NCBI RefSeq assembly: GCF_009914755.1
Contig: NC_060929.1
Origin: the human T2T-CHM13v2.0 reference genome, Homo sapiens
DNA length: 64,000 bases
Direction: 5' to 3' (one strand)
How positions within the stretch are numbered: position 1 is the stretch's first letter; each line of letters starts with the position of its first letter. Positions 30,393-47,373 of this stretch are shown piece after piece. The position numbers were made by a program, and so were the translations under genes. The notes under the pieces are model-generated. The model saw only the letters and a program-made list of their open reading frames with translations. It searched no databases and had not been told where the DNA came from.

Positions 30393-32011
30393 TGAATCTG
30401 CCTATCCCTCTCATTTAACCTAAGGAATCTGCTGAGGATTTAGACTGTTCTGAAAACCCCCAGCCTGGCCCCAAGTGGACCTCTGTGTTGGGACACAAGC
30501 CAAGCCAAGATAGGATGAATCCGCTAAGCAGGACAGTGCTATCAGGACATGCTGGGCAGATGGAGAACTGTGGGGCATGAGGCACAGTCTGAGGTTCTGA
30601 GATGTCCATCTCCCATAAGCTAGAGGCCGCATGAACTGGTTTGCTGAGGTGGTGTCCATTTATACATATTATCACTGATGAAGTATGACTTGCTCCTGCT
30701 TAACTCTCAAAAGTGTCCCCCATTAAACTATCATAAGCCTGTCTACTGTGGCTCTCCACATCTGGACACTGGTTCTGCTTTGCAAAATTCTTAGTAGCCC
30801 AGACTCTTAGAAGTTTGCCTCTGCCTTACTTTTGACCCCTGGTATCAGGATTTGGAGGTTGAACTTTTAGGGATTGTCTTGTCCATTCTTTTCAATTGAA
30901 GCTGAGGAAACCAAGTCCAGAGATACTAAATGATTTGCTGAAGATCACCAGTAATAAGAGACAGGCCTTTGGTCACTCATTCAATAGCCTTTCTACTAGA
31001 TCCTGCTGCCTATGTCTGTATCTTGGAACTTGATGACTTATGCCGTCAATCTTGGGCCTGCCTTATGTTGCTGTTTTCCTGGTAGTGCCTGGACACATCT
31101 GACTATTTGTCCACCTTGACCCTTTGTCATCATTGTAATTCTTAGATCTCTGGATATGTGGCTACCTGTTTATACATGACTCTTATGAATATAAATTTTT
31201 TGGAGGGGGACACAATTCAGTCCATAGCAACCTCTAAAATATTACATTCCTATAAAGGACAATTATGTCATTATTAATAAAAACATTAACTGCTCTAAAA
31301 TACCAGGAACATTAATAACATCATCCCTCAAAGGAAAAATGACATCATGAAGCTCATTGAGCTGTTCAAAGATCCATGTGGACTAATTTTGTCCTGGGAG
31401 GAGAGAGGGATTTAGGAAGATCTCACTTTGGCTCCATTGAGTCTCCCTGGGTTAGGAGTGATTTTTTTATGTTTGTTTGGTTTTGTTTTCTGAGGAATCG
31501 GCAGCGGGTCTAATTAATGCCATCAAAAGCATGACATTTAATTAACTAAATAGCATGTTGAGCCTAATGATAACATATTTCAGCACCCGGCAGGCGGTGA
31601 TGGTCTCTTGGGCCATTTCGGAGGAGGCCTGTGATTTGATAAAGAGAAACCCTTCTCAACAAAATCAGGAATCCCCCGAGAGTAACCAGAGAAGCTGCAG
31701 CAAGAGTGCCAGCCAGGCAGATTCTCTTATCTCCTGGACTCTGCTTGGAGAGGCCGAGGAACAAAGAAGAATGGCAGGGGAGGAACGGGACCGCTGCACA
31801 GCCTCGTCATCTTTTAAACATGTTTCTTGGAAATTCAGAGGCATATAGGAGCAAATTTAGCTTCTAAATGGCCTATTCCCATACCTTGGTTTATTCCAGT
31901 CCCATTGGTAAATGGATCAGGGGAAACAAGGCAGGATAGACAAGTAACTTGTAAGGGGATGTCTGAAGCCAGATTGCCAAGTCTCTCTGAGCAGCTGAGT
32001 AGGTGGACGTG

Positions 32012-32044
32012 GGTGCCCTCTGCTGGACACTGGAGAATCTGCAG
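32012..32044 (-). promoter_or_regulatory. CTCF site: core motif plus upstream (U) motif
   Basis: Minus strand reads CTGCAG-attctccagt-GTCCAGCAGAGGGCACC, which matches the core CCASYAGRKGGCRS with a TGCAG upstream module at approximately canonical spacing. Confidence 0.65.
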
Positions 32045-32519
32045 TGATGCTTATCTGGACCCTCACCCAGGGGCTGAGAGCTTCAGCCTGGAGTTAAACC
32101 TTCTGAGTAGAGTACCCAGGGTCCCTTCAGTCACAACAGGCCTCTCCAAAGGCTGTCTCAGAGAAGTGTACTTTTAGATCATTCCGTGGCTTAACTTATC
32201 CACATCTCTGTTTGCCACCCCATTTTGGTTATGTTCCCCAAACATTCTATTCCCTTAAGCTCAGTTGTGCTATTCTTTTTCCCCTCATCTCTTTTGTAAT
32301 AAATCTGGATGAAATTACTTGTATATGGCATCACAAACCGCATCCTTTGGGTCTTATATTTAGACTCTGATTTTAGAGAAGGGCCAAACAGAGGCTTAGA
32401 GTGGTGAAATGACCTGTCCAAAGTGACAAAGACCCAGCAGGGACTAAAACTCAGACTACCCCATCCTGTTTCATTTCCCTTTCCTCGATACGCATCTTCC
32501 CATAGAAAGACAATATATC

Positions 32520-32745
32520 CCAGTGGTGAGGCTGAAAGCTCTGGAGACAGAGGTCCTGGGCTTGACTCCTGGCTTTGCCATGCGTTGGCTGTGTGATATT
32601 GGATAGGGTATCCTTTAAGCTTTTATGTGCCTCTGTGTTCTCATCTAATAGAGTGGTTGTGAGAGTGAAATAACGTAAGGCAGATAAAGCATTCAGTATA
32701 GTATCTGGCACATAGTAGGTGCTCAATAAATAATATTTACCATTA
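32520..32745 (+). mobile_element. MIR
   Basis: gctctggagacagaggtcctgggc..ggctgtgtgatattgg..gtggttgtgagagtgaaataa..tggcacatagtaggtgctcaataaa. Confidence 0.82.
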
Positions 32746-33799
32746 GTTCCATGATTGCCTAGTGGTATTAGTTGGAAATTATTTTTGGTGGTTCTGTAAT
32801 GGAACTGCTAGAACAAAATTTCCTAAGTTTTTTTTTTTCATTAAACATAAAAATCTACCTCTTTCCAAATGGAAGCACCTTCTAGCTAGAGTGAGCAAAC
32901 TGGGAGGTGGGAGAGTTTAGGGAAAATATTTAAGTAACTGATGTATAGCTTTCTAGAGACAGTGTGGTTCAAGATGAGACTGGAAAAGCTACTGGGAGGT
33001 AGGTGGCCTTGAATGCAGGAATTTGGCTTTATTCTGCATGCAATAGGGGGTCATGGCTGATGCTTGAATATGGCAGTTTTTATTTTCCCATTTCCCTTGT
33101 ATGGATTGCTTCTCCTGCTCCTACAGTGTGAGGGCTGTCAAGAGCTCGAATGATTGCTGTTCTTATCACGTGTGCACGTGCACATGAACACACCCATCTT
33201 GGGGCTTTCAGTATTCCAATCACCTTGAGGTTGTCGCCAAGGAGCCTAGTGTTGCTTGCAGCCACGTCAGAATGAAGAACAAGCTGGGCCGTCACAGTCT
33301 GCTGGTGGTGGGGGCTTGTCACTTCTAGATGGAGTGTTGTTCCCGTGCATGGAAATCGCTGGTGTGGGCGAAAAAAAGCTGAGGATACTGGCAGAGGGGA
33401 AAGAAAGGAGGCAAGTGGCTGCTTGAATGCAGGAGGGGAAAGAGAGAGAGACTTTTCTGCCATTTCTGTAGGGATTGTCCCCAGGAAAGAGACAGTCAGT
33501 CATGTGAGCAAAGGATGCCTTGACTTCCTCAGGGTGTACTTCATCTCCTGTTGCTGGCTACAGATGGCTGAAGTCAATGCTTTATTCCTCCTCTTGCTTG
33601 GCACTTTCACTTTCTGGATTTTGCCAATTGTCATTTGCTGGGGTGAGCAGGAGATGTAACTGGGAGAAAGGAAACAGGTAGGGTTGTGATAGATGTTTCA
33701 AATGGAAGCTTAATGGAATTTGCCCTTTGGGGAATGCAGCCCTTACAACCCGCATCAGGGACTCAATGACTTGGAGCTCCAAGTGTCCCTGATGACCTT

Positions 33800-34135
33800 T
33801 TCTGTTAGAGGCAGATTGGCAGGCCTGTAGGCTATGCGTGGATGCATTTGTTTTGGCACTAGAGTGCTCTTTTTTTTTTTTTTTCAATGTTAGGATGAGA
33901 TGACACAATTTTAAAATTTGATTTTTTTTTTTCATTTAGAAATTTGAATTTCTGGCTTCTCTTGAAAACCAGATCATTTGATGACACTGGTCTGCATTCC
34001 CCCTTGGCAGCAATCTATAAGTAAAAAAAAGACTCTGCCCTGCTTTAAATAGGTCAAGAATTCTCTAGTTCCCTACAGTTTCCACCCTGATCCATTATCT
34101 TGATCAGCTTGGCCTTGTAAACACTTTGTAACCCA
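33800..34135 (+). mobile_element. MER102-like MITE
   Basis: atttctggcttctcttgaaaaccaga..acactggtctgcattcccc..ggcagcaatc..ctgccc..ttggccttgtaaacac. Confidence 0.65.
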
Positions 34136-34799
34136 ACAGTATATGATCCCTGCCTGATCCAGGCTAACCTCCCCATTTTAGAAATAAGAGCTGTGAGGTT
34201 CAGAGAGGGCCTTCGGTTTACCCATGGTCATACAGCCTCCCCCATGGACAGAGTAGGCTCCATTTACATATGATTTGAGGGGTGATCAAAAGCACTTACC
34301 CTTTTTCCTTTACTTCCAAGTGAAAAATTTACCTCTCACCCTGGCCTTCTGTTCATTAGCAGTCTAAAATGGACTCAAGAAAGAGAATTATTTGGCTATA
34401 TTACCTTTCTGGCCTTCTTTAAATCATATGTTATATCTTTTGCTCTTTTCTGCTTATTTAGCTAACCTCACTCTGACCCGCTCTGACTCACTCAGACACT
34501 CAGGTAGGCCAGATGGTGTTGCTGTTGAAACTGAGGCAGTGGAGACAGAGCCTCGAATCCTCGGGTGAAAATCACAGTTCTGGGTCTGAGGCTCCTCATC
34601 TGGCAGAAAGTGTTCATAACCTCAGGAGGTGGTTATGAAGATTAAAAGAAGCAAAAAGTTGAATGTGTTTATCATAGTAGTAGCAAATTGGAAAAAATAG
34701 TAACTCAGTGTTAGAAGTTATTATTCTAGAGAGACTCAGAACTGAAGGTGTCCCAGGAGATCGTACTGTCCAACTGGCTCATTTTTGTGGTGAAAGCCA

Positions 34800-35500
34800 T
34801 AACGTGCTTATAGTAAAAATCTGAGTGGAGAAGAAAATACAGTAAAATATAAAAGGATTTTTCTCCCTATCACTACCTTCATTTCAGTCTAATTTCCCCA
34901 GAGGCAATAACTGTTAAGTTTCTTGCGTGTCCTTTCAGATATTTTATTTGCATATACATTATAAATAACTTGCATCCTGTATTTTGACACAAATGTAATC
35001 AGACTACTCATGCTGTTCTGATACTTGCATTTTTTATTTAACAATATGTAGTAGATCTCCTTTCATGTCAGCGCATGAGGGTTTTTTTTCTGTTTTCAAT
35101 GGCCCGTTTATTTCACAGGAAGTTTATACTATAGCTTACAGACCAACGAATGTATTCTGCAAAAGACCAGATACCTAATATTGTAGGCTTTGTTGGTCAT
35201 AGGATCTCTGTACCACCTATTTCTCCTCCCCTTTCTCTTCTTCCTCCTCTTTCTTGTCCTATTTCTCTTTTTAACAATGCTTTGAAGATGTAAAGACCAT
35301 TTTTAGCTCACAAGTCATACCTCAACAGGCTGTGAGCCCGATTTGGCGCATGTGGTAGCTCATTTACACAACTTTTGGGTAGACAGGTTGCTACTACACA
35401 TAATGCTGCAACGGGCATCTCTGTGCTGCATCTTTCAGTGTTCATTTGAGTTTACTTGTAGGATATATTCACAGGAGTGGAATTACTGGGACACGTTTCT
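34800..35500 (-). mobile_element. L1ME-like fragment interrupted by MER58 (~35135-35355)
   Basis: ccccagaggcaataactgttaagtttcttgcgtgtcctttcaga..tttatttaacaatatg..; MER58 motifs aaagaccagat..aatattgtaggctttg..gtaaagaccatttttagctcac..gatttggc. Confidence 0.65.
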
Positions 35501-35666
35501 TAATCGTGAAAGATATTCCATCAAACTCCTCATTTATAGGTGGTATAAGAGGTCCAGTGAAGAGACTGATCCAGAGTTGCTCAGCAAGTCGGTGGTAAGA
35601 GCAGGACTAAAACTTCCTTTCCCAGCACTTAACTGGGGCTCCTTCCGCTGTTGTGCAGACCCTATC

Positions 35667-36035
35667 TGATATGGTTTGGCTGTGTCTCCACCCAAATCTT
35701 ATCTTGGATTGTGGTTCCCATAATCCCCACGTGCCATAGGAGGGACCCCACGGGAGGTAATTTAATCACGGGGGAGGTTACCCTCATGCTGTTCTTGAGA
35801 CAGTAAGTTCTCACGAGATATGAGGGTTTTATAAGGGGCTTTTCCCTTTTACTTGATACTTTTTTTGATGCCGCCGTGTGAAGAAGGACATGTTTGCTTC
35901 CCTTTCTGCCATGATTGTAAGTTTCCTGAGGCCTCTCCAGCCATGTTGGACTCTGAGTCAATTAAACCTCTTTCCTTTATAAATTTCCCAGTCTCTGGTA
36001 TGTCTTTATTAGCAGCATGAGAATAGACTGATACA
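35667..36035 (+). mobile_element. THE1 (C-like) solo LTR
   Basis: tgatatggtttggctgtgtc..ccatgattgtaagtttcctgaggcctc..caattaaacctctttcctttataaatt..gactgataca; TSD not evident. Confidence 0.92.
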
Positions 36036-36309
36036 TCCCTGCTGAGGGCTCACAGGGAATTTGTTGTGGGACATGGAGTTGGAAAGACCCAAGCTTTCTC
36101 AAGTCCAGAGGGAGGCGCAGAGCAGGGTCACAGAACCGAGGGACCTCAACACTGTCAGATCTCTTTCCCCTCCTGTCTCATTTCTGCTTCTTGCAGTTGC
36201 TTTCGATGATGTGGGGCAGAAGCTCCAGGGTCAGTTTTATGTCATGTGTGTGGCCTGAAAGGAAAAGAAAGCTTTTGACTGCAATTAACAGAAAACACAC
36301 AAAAGAAGC

Positions 36310-36750
36310 TTTTGCTTGCAATTAACAGAAAACTCTGGCACAAACAAATATAAATACAGTTTATTACATCACATAACTCCAAGTTCAGAGGCAGGGCAGT
36401 CTCTAGGCAACATTCAGGCAGTGGCTGGATACTGTCCTCATGGACTCTGGGTCTTTCTGCTTCCTGTTTCTGTTCTCAGTGCTGGCTTCATCTTTAAGCT
36501 GGTGATGAAAGGGTTGAACTAGTTCCAAGTGTCACATGTAGAACCAGTGATAGTCTGTGTCTTCTTCTCAGGAAAGAGAAAACTTTCCCAGCATACCTGT
36601 AGCATATTTCCCTTGATTGGCCAAAACTGGGACACATGACAGCTGTTGACTCAATTCCTGATAAGAGGGATGAGAATACCATCATTGACTTAGAAAAATG
36701 ATCTGGGGATGAATGGATGTTGGGGCATCTACTGCCCTGACTATTACGCA
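36310..36750 (-). mobile_element. Old MLT1(J/K/L)-like LTR
   Basis: acatcacataactccaagttcagaggcagggcag..aggaaagagaaaactttccca..gattggccaaaactgggacacatg..gaatggatgttgggg. Confidence 0.55.
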
Positions 36751-37549
36751 GTGCTTATTTCTGAACTCAGGTCTGGAAACTTACAGAGATTAATTTGAAT
36801 TGGATTATTTTAGGTTACATACCCATTTCTTAGACCAATCCCTATGGTCAATAGGCCATTGTAGTTGCCAAGCTTGACCAATGGCTGTGGTGTAAGCATA
36901 TGGCAAGCTTTGAGAACAGAGAAAAGGTGAGGAGAATCTGCTTCCCCAAAAGAAAGATACCTTCCACTGGTGTGCACTTCACCCTTCAGAAGATCCCAGG
37001 TCTTCGGAGGCAGCCTAAGTAGAGGAGAAGCACTAGCATTGAAGTCAGATGTCTTAGCTGAGAATCCTGCCTCTGCTATTCACTAGGCTGGATTTCCTGT
37101 TTCAGTGCCAGAGTCTATCCAATGGGGATAATTATGCCCAGGATAGGCAGCCAATCTCACAGGTACCTTATGAGGACTGATAAGGAAATGGTGAAAATAA
37201 AGCAAGGGACCCTCCAGACATTATAACCTGAGGGATGCTATCTGGTCCTACGGTGTCTCTGGACAGTGGGAGGAAGGGGTCTTTCTCTCTAGGCCCCGTG
37301 TGCTTACAACCCAGTGTTGTGGGGAGGAGTAACCTTGGAGGAGGGGCGCTGGAGGGGACAGGGAGAGCAGACAGCAGTGCACAGGTGGAGCCTCAGACTG
37401 AGGCTTGTCCCTGCTTCCTTCTCCAGGGGCCCTGCCCTATTTCTCTGCCTTTTCTCCTTCTGACCTCTCTGTACACTATTTTGAGACCCAACTGACTATC
37501 AGTTCTCAACAGATTACTCTCATCCTTCCTTTTAAATAATTCTTTGTTA

Positions 37550-37866
<317 letters not shown>

Positions 37867-38409
37867 TACATTCAACCAAACTGTGCTTTTCACCTTTTGT
37901 CATTTTGCTAATATATATATTTTTAAATTTAAAAGTTTTCCTCTCTTCTGAATCTTTAAAATGTACTTGGGACATAACAGGATAGTTCAAACAATTTTAC
38001 AGAGTGCAGACTTTAGGCATGCTAAAGCAAGAAAACACATGGTTGCTAACAAGTGGGGCTTACGTTCTAGTGATATCAGTGAGCAGAAGGCCATTCCTCT
38101 TCCCCTTCTTCCCACCACAGCACTGAGTGCCCTATCTGGGGACCTGGGCATCCTTCTGGAGCCAGTCTCTGAGAAAAGGCGGGTGAGAAAATATTAAGGA
38201 CTAAGAAAACAACTGAGAGAATTGTGGTCCCAATATTCCTTTCCCACAAAGGTTTCTTGAAAAATGGCAGCAATCCTAATTGTTGTTTATTAGCTATGCA
38301 ACCCCTAGCAAACATTTGGCTTCCTTTGTGCTTAGTGTACTCATCTACAAAATGGAGACAAGATCTATCTCATAAGGTTATTGTGAAGATTACATTAGAT
38401 CATCCAAGG

Positions 38410-38660
38410 ACAATGGTGCATTGAGTGTGTAAGAGCATTGGCTCTGGGGTCAGGCTGCCTCCTTCATATCCTGTCTCTGCCTCTCTAGCATTGTGACACT
38501 GAATGATTTAGTTTACCTTCCTGTGCCTCAGTTTCCTGACCTACAAAATGGGAATTATAATAATAATATCTACCTCATAGGATTGTTGTAAAGATAAAAT
38601 GATTCATATAAACTCTTTGATTCAGGCCTCACATCTAGAAGTGCTCAACAAAATTTACCA
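38410..38660 (+). mobile_element. MIR (near full length)
   Basis: taagagcattggctctgg..ctgtgcctcagtttcctgacctacaaaatgggaattataataa..tacctcataggattgttgtaaag..gtgctcaacaaa. Confidence 0.85.
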
Positions 38661-39186
38661 TTTTGTCTACCTAAAAGTGTGGGGTTTTTCCAAATAAAAC
38701 TATCTTTTAGACTATAAAACATTGTGATGACATCTATTTATTTTGCTGTTTAGAAAATGACCCTCAGTAGAAGGTTATCCCTCACAACTGAACCTTTGTA
38801 AGCCCTGCCTTCAGGACACAGATGGGCTGTCATGCTGTGCCTATCATTCACTGGACAAATTATAACTGAGCTTGCATTTCTCACATTGAACTATGATCAG
38901 TGCAGGCAGAGACACACAATACTAGGCAGAGCAAGACATGGGAAATGGCTCCAAAGAGCTTACCGGGGGAACAAATATATGCACATATGACCATAGATGA
39001 TAATAAAAGGCACCTTGGAAATGCCAAATGGAGGGTGGCAAAGAGCTTCTGAGCAGGGAGAAAAACCTATGATGTCATTTCATCCTCAGCAATATGAACT
39101 GGCTGTGTGACTTTGGGCACATTGCTAGACCTTGGTGTGCCTCTATTTTCTCCTGCATTACAAAAGGAGATAAAATTGTATTATAT

Positions 39187-39498
39187 TAGCAATCCTAAAT
39201 TGGTATTCACAGATGGATTTTGTTTGGCGAATAGAGAGTTTTTAACTTTTGAATTAGGCATCAACATTTAAACCTTCAGAGACTTCATGGAAAACTCTAG
39301 ATATTGAATTCTTTCTGGAAAATCCTAGCAACTGGTAACAGGTAGCTGGAATTAAGTAGCAACTTGCCACCATTTAAAAGATGAGGTATGTGGTTTTCAG
39401 GGCCCTCTGCTCCCAGTAGACTTTATTTCCACCTATGCGCTTGGCTCATTTCAATTTGCTGCCTGGACCCTGTAAGCATTTGAGTTTGTGACACCTGG
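39187..39498 (+). mobile_element. MER102-like MITE
   Basis: cacagatggattttgtttggc..tttgaattagg..caacatttaaa..gctgcctggaccctgtaagcatttgagtttgtgacacctg (recognisable 3' terminus). Confidence 0.72.
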
Positions 39499-40769
39499 AG
39501 CAGGTAATTTCCTTAGCATCTTTTTGTTCTTTCATGAGATTACTAAGTAGGGCAAGGGTTACTACATCCTCTCCAATGAAGAGGAAATAGTGAAAGTTGG
39601 AGAAATGGATATTTGGACACACAAAGAGATGGAAAACAGATGCAGGACTTGAAAACAGGCCTCAACTCCTTGTCTGTTATTTTCCTCTCTGACTGGTGTT
39701 TCACCCTTTCTCCAGGACCTAGAGTGTTTTATTGACTGTTTGGATGATGATTATGATGATAATTGCTATCATTTAGTATTTAGTATGTCTTAGGTGTTTT
39801 CTGTCACTTAATTATTTTGAGCTATTGCTATTAACATCCCATTTTGTAAAAGCGGAATTAGAGGTTTAAAAAAGCCAAGGAATTTGTAACTACACACTTA
39901 TTAAGTACTGAAGCCAAAATTTGGACTCAGGTCTATCTGAGACCATATCCCTTGTCCTTAACCTTAAGAGTCACACAGTTGTGGAGACAGGGCCAATGAC
40001 TTGTCTTGTTGAATAATATCGATATATACATTTTAGAGAGATTAATTTTATACCTCAAATAGATGCTCATTTCACGTGCTCTAAGCATGAGACCCCTCTG
40101 AATAATACACAAATGATGAAATGTGATGCTCTTAGCAATACACTCACTGAGAAGGAGCAAGAGCCCTCCAGAGGGGTCAGGGGTTATCATTGTTATGAGA
40201 AAGGAGGCTCCAGCTGTCAGGACGCATATAGGGATGTATTAACATTACTCCCAATGTCAGGGAGAGGTGAAGGAACAGACTGGCTATGCATCACTCAGAG
40301 TCCTGAGGCTGTGCTTCTGGCACAGTTTGACTCAGCGATCTCCCGTGAGATCAGACTGGCTGGGCCTGCCGTAACATCACACATTTATAGGATCTTAGGT
40401 TGGAAAACACTGTAGGGGTCATCTAGACCCACTGTTATATGGGAATATTTTCTATAAAGCCTGCAACAGGCAATTTCTGCTCTATGCTTGAAGATTTCTT
40501 GTGATGGCAAGCTCAGTGCTCTATAAGACAATCATTTCCATGTGTGTTTGACATTTCTTTATATCAGGTTCTAATCTACATGCATGTTTAATCCTCTCCT
40601 CATTGTGTTGTCCACTGGAGCAGTGTGGAATGCCTCCTCTCTTCTGTATGTGTCAACCCATCAAGTTGTAATGTGGTAAATATGTTCCACCAGATTGTCA
40701 CTCCTTGGCCATAAATACCCACATTTGCCTAAACTGTGCTGCACAGAAGAGTTTCCAGATTCCTTCCCA

Positions 40770-41272
40770 CATGTGCTGGTTATTCTCCATTTACCCCTCC
40801 TCTTCACATCCATTTCTATTCTTTTCTGTCCTGTTCCCTACTGTGGCAGATTGACTCGTTTGGGTTACTTCACCAGGCTCCTTTGCTGGTTGGTTCTATA
40901 TTGGGTTATGCTGATGGGAAACGGAGGAAGGCAACTGGAAGGCAGGAGGAGACAGAGGACAGGGTACTTCTCCCCACTCCTTTCTTGATTCAGCATGCCT
41001 CTCTGGGAGTCACTGGCACCCCTCTATTTCTCTAGTTCCTGTTGGCATAAATCTGGCTCTCACTGGAAAAGGATGACACCATCCCTACCGTTGATGCCCT
41101 TTCAGCCTTACGGTGTTAATGGCTTTCCCCTTCTGCTGGTCTCCAAGTGACTCAGCATCTTGTTTGCCCTTTAAGCCTATCTGGGCTTCTAGCAGTGGCT
41201 CCTTTATTAAAATGTCTTTATTTGCACCATTGTGGTGAATTCTGTTTCCTGCTGTGACTCTGAACTGAATGT
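40770..41272 (+). mobile_element. Old ERVL LTR (LTR16/LTR33-like)
   Basis: caggctcctttgctggttgg..gatgggaa..ggaaggcaggagga..cctttATTAAAatgtc..tctgtttcctgctgtgactctgaactga. Confidence 0.55.
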
Positions 41273-41469
41273 ATTATTCTTGGTGCCCATGGCTAAGTTT
41301 GCTCACCTATGTTCTGTGTTTTTTGTTTATCAAATTATCAAGTCTAGCAACATTGCCAAGATCATTTCATTTGCTGGTAGCCACTGGCACACATTGTTGG
41401 CCCTCCCTGAGTTTGTGGTTAACTGAAAGTGTTAGGCCCTTCTTATGGACTCAAGTGTCAAACCCATCT

Positions 41470-41700
41470 TTGGAGCAAGATCACCTGGGTTTAAATACTG
41501 GCTCAATATTAAATAATAAGTATGAGCATGTTACCTTCCTCTCTCTGTGTTTCAGTTTTCTCCTCTATAAAATAGGATGACACTAGTATTCATTTCAAAA
41601 GAGGCGTTGTGCAGATTAAGTGAATTATTGTACATTAAGGCCTTGTAACAGTGTCTGATGCATGGTAAGTCTCCAATAAATGTTACTTTCATCATCAAGA
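41470..41700 (+). mobile_element. MIR
   Basis: cctgggtttaaatactggctc..tcagttttctcctctataaaatagg..gttgtgcagattaagtga..ggtaagtctccaataaatgtta. Confidence 0.75.
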
Positions 41701-41849
41701 TCATCATTTTTTACATACACAATTGCATATTTTAATCTAAATGCATAACTTTTTGCCTCCTTTTTTTTTAAAAAAAGCTTTCTTTACAAGGATTATAATT
41801 CTGAATGCCATTGGTGTTGTAATCTTGATACTGTCCCCTAAAACCTTGC

Positions 41850-42010
41850 TGGTTGAATGTGTGCCACAGATCAGCAGCATGAGCATTGCCTAAGAATTTG
41901 TTAGAAATTTGGAATCCCAGACTCTGCTCTAGACCTGCTGAATCAAGGCCTGTTTGTTAACAAGGTCCCAGGTGATTTTTGCATGCATGAAAGTTGGAAA
42001 AGCTCTGCTC
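41850..42010. mobile_element. MER5A/B-like MITE
   Basis: cagcagcatgagcattgcct..ttgttagaaat..agacctgctgaatca..taacaagg..ccaggtgatt..aaagttggaaaagctctg. Confidence 0.75.
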
Positions 42011-43505
42011 TCTCACATTTATTGTTCTGAATTATTGCTCTCAGCTGGGTTGGAGAACATATCCCATCTCTAACAGGGAAGATACCCATTGCTCGTGTTT
42101 AAGGTTACCAGATAGACTGGTGCTGCCGCTCTACCAAGTCTAGCAATGTTTCCAGGAGTCAAACCATCCTGGGAAGGAAATTTAGAGCGGTGTTTTTCAC
42201 TGTTGGGATTTGGAATCAGAAAACCAGGTTTTGAACTGTACTCTGCTTTTTATATGTGTGTGTGTGTGTACACACACTGGCATAAATACATAAATGACAA
42301 ATGGACTTACTGTGAAGGCTTGCTATGAGGATTAAATGAAATAACCCATGTAGAACATTCAGTGAATAGTCTGTCACACAAAATGTTTCCATTCTTTCTC
42401 CTTTCCACAAGTCATATGATACATGCTCCAATGGTAACCCACTCCTGGAAGGAAAAACTGTATTGACATAACAGGAAAATTTGCTTCAAACAGATTGGGA
42501 AGATTGGGTTCATTTGAAAACTGCAGCCAATGCCTCATAGTTATGTGAATACCACTGCTCATTTCTCTGGCCATGTGTTTCTGAATATAGGTTATATTTA
42601 ACTCGATAACTGCAGATAGAAGTATGGTGAAATTAAGCAGTAAAGAAAAGATTGCTGGTGTATAAACTTGAATTAGACACCACTGGCATATATTGTATAC
42701 ATATAAGTATTTGTAATGTGACTACAGTCTAAAATAGGATAATGTTGGGGTTGCTGATTAATCTTGACACTAATTAAAACACACCAGTTACAGAGGAAGT
42801 GACATGCTTTCTGTGATAAATAGTTGACAAATAATCCTGGGCTCACCCCAAGGCAGCTGGCCTTTCTTTTTCAGTTGCACAGATCTGAAGTCAATCTGGG
42901 CTCACATGCCAGCTCTGCCACTTGCTTCTGTGACTCTGGATAACTTAACCCACATTACTACCTCAGTTTACTCAACTACAAAATGTAGAAGATAATAATT
43001 TTACCTGAGGAACACATTCCTGAAGACCATGCATACTTCAGAACTTATGTAATTCAAAGTCAATTTTACCATAGGATCAACAAAGGAAGGAGGGAGGGTA
43101 TTTCTGTCTTTGAGCTAAAATGATACCACTGACATTTTAAGAATTAAGAATTAGCATAAGCATAAATTATAAATCCCTCAGTTCATAAACTTTATATGAT
43201 ATTTGACCAATGTGTGGGGAGGGGAGAGTGGAGAATCAATATTATATTACAGTTTGTGCATAAAGTGAGATTTTACTTTTTTAAATTATACTTTAAGTTC
43301 TGGGATACATGTGCAGAACGTGCAGGCTTATTACATAGGTATACATGTGCCATGGTGGTTTGCTGTACCCATCAACCTGTCATCTAGGTTTTAAGCCCCG
43401 TAGGCATTAGGTATTTCTCCTAATGCTATCCCTCCCCTTGTTCCCCATTCCCCGACAGGCCCCAATGTGTGATGTTCCCTCCCTGTGTCCATGTGTTCTC
43501 ATTGT

Positions 43506-47310
<3,805 letters not shown>

Positions 47311-47373
47311 CATGATGCTAGCTGGTTATTTTGAACATTAGTTGATGCAGTTTCTTCATAGTGTCGTTGGTCT

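Noticed and set aside
31579-31600. REST/NRSE site
   Set aside because: Only the left half (TTCAGCACC) matches; the right half GGACAG is absent.
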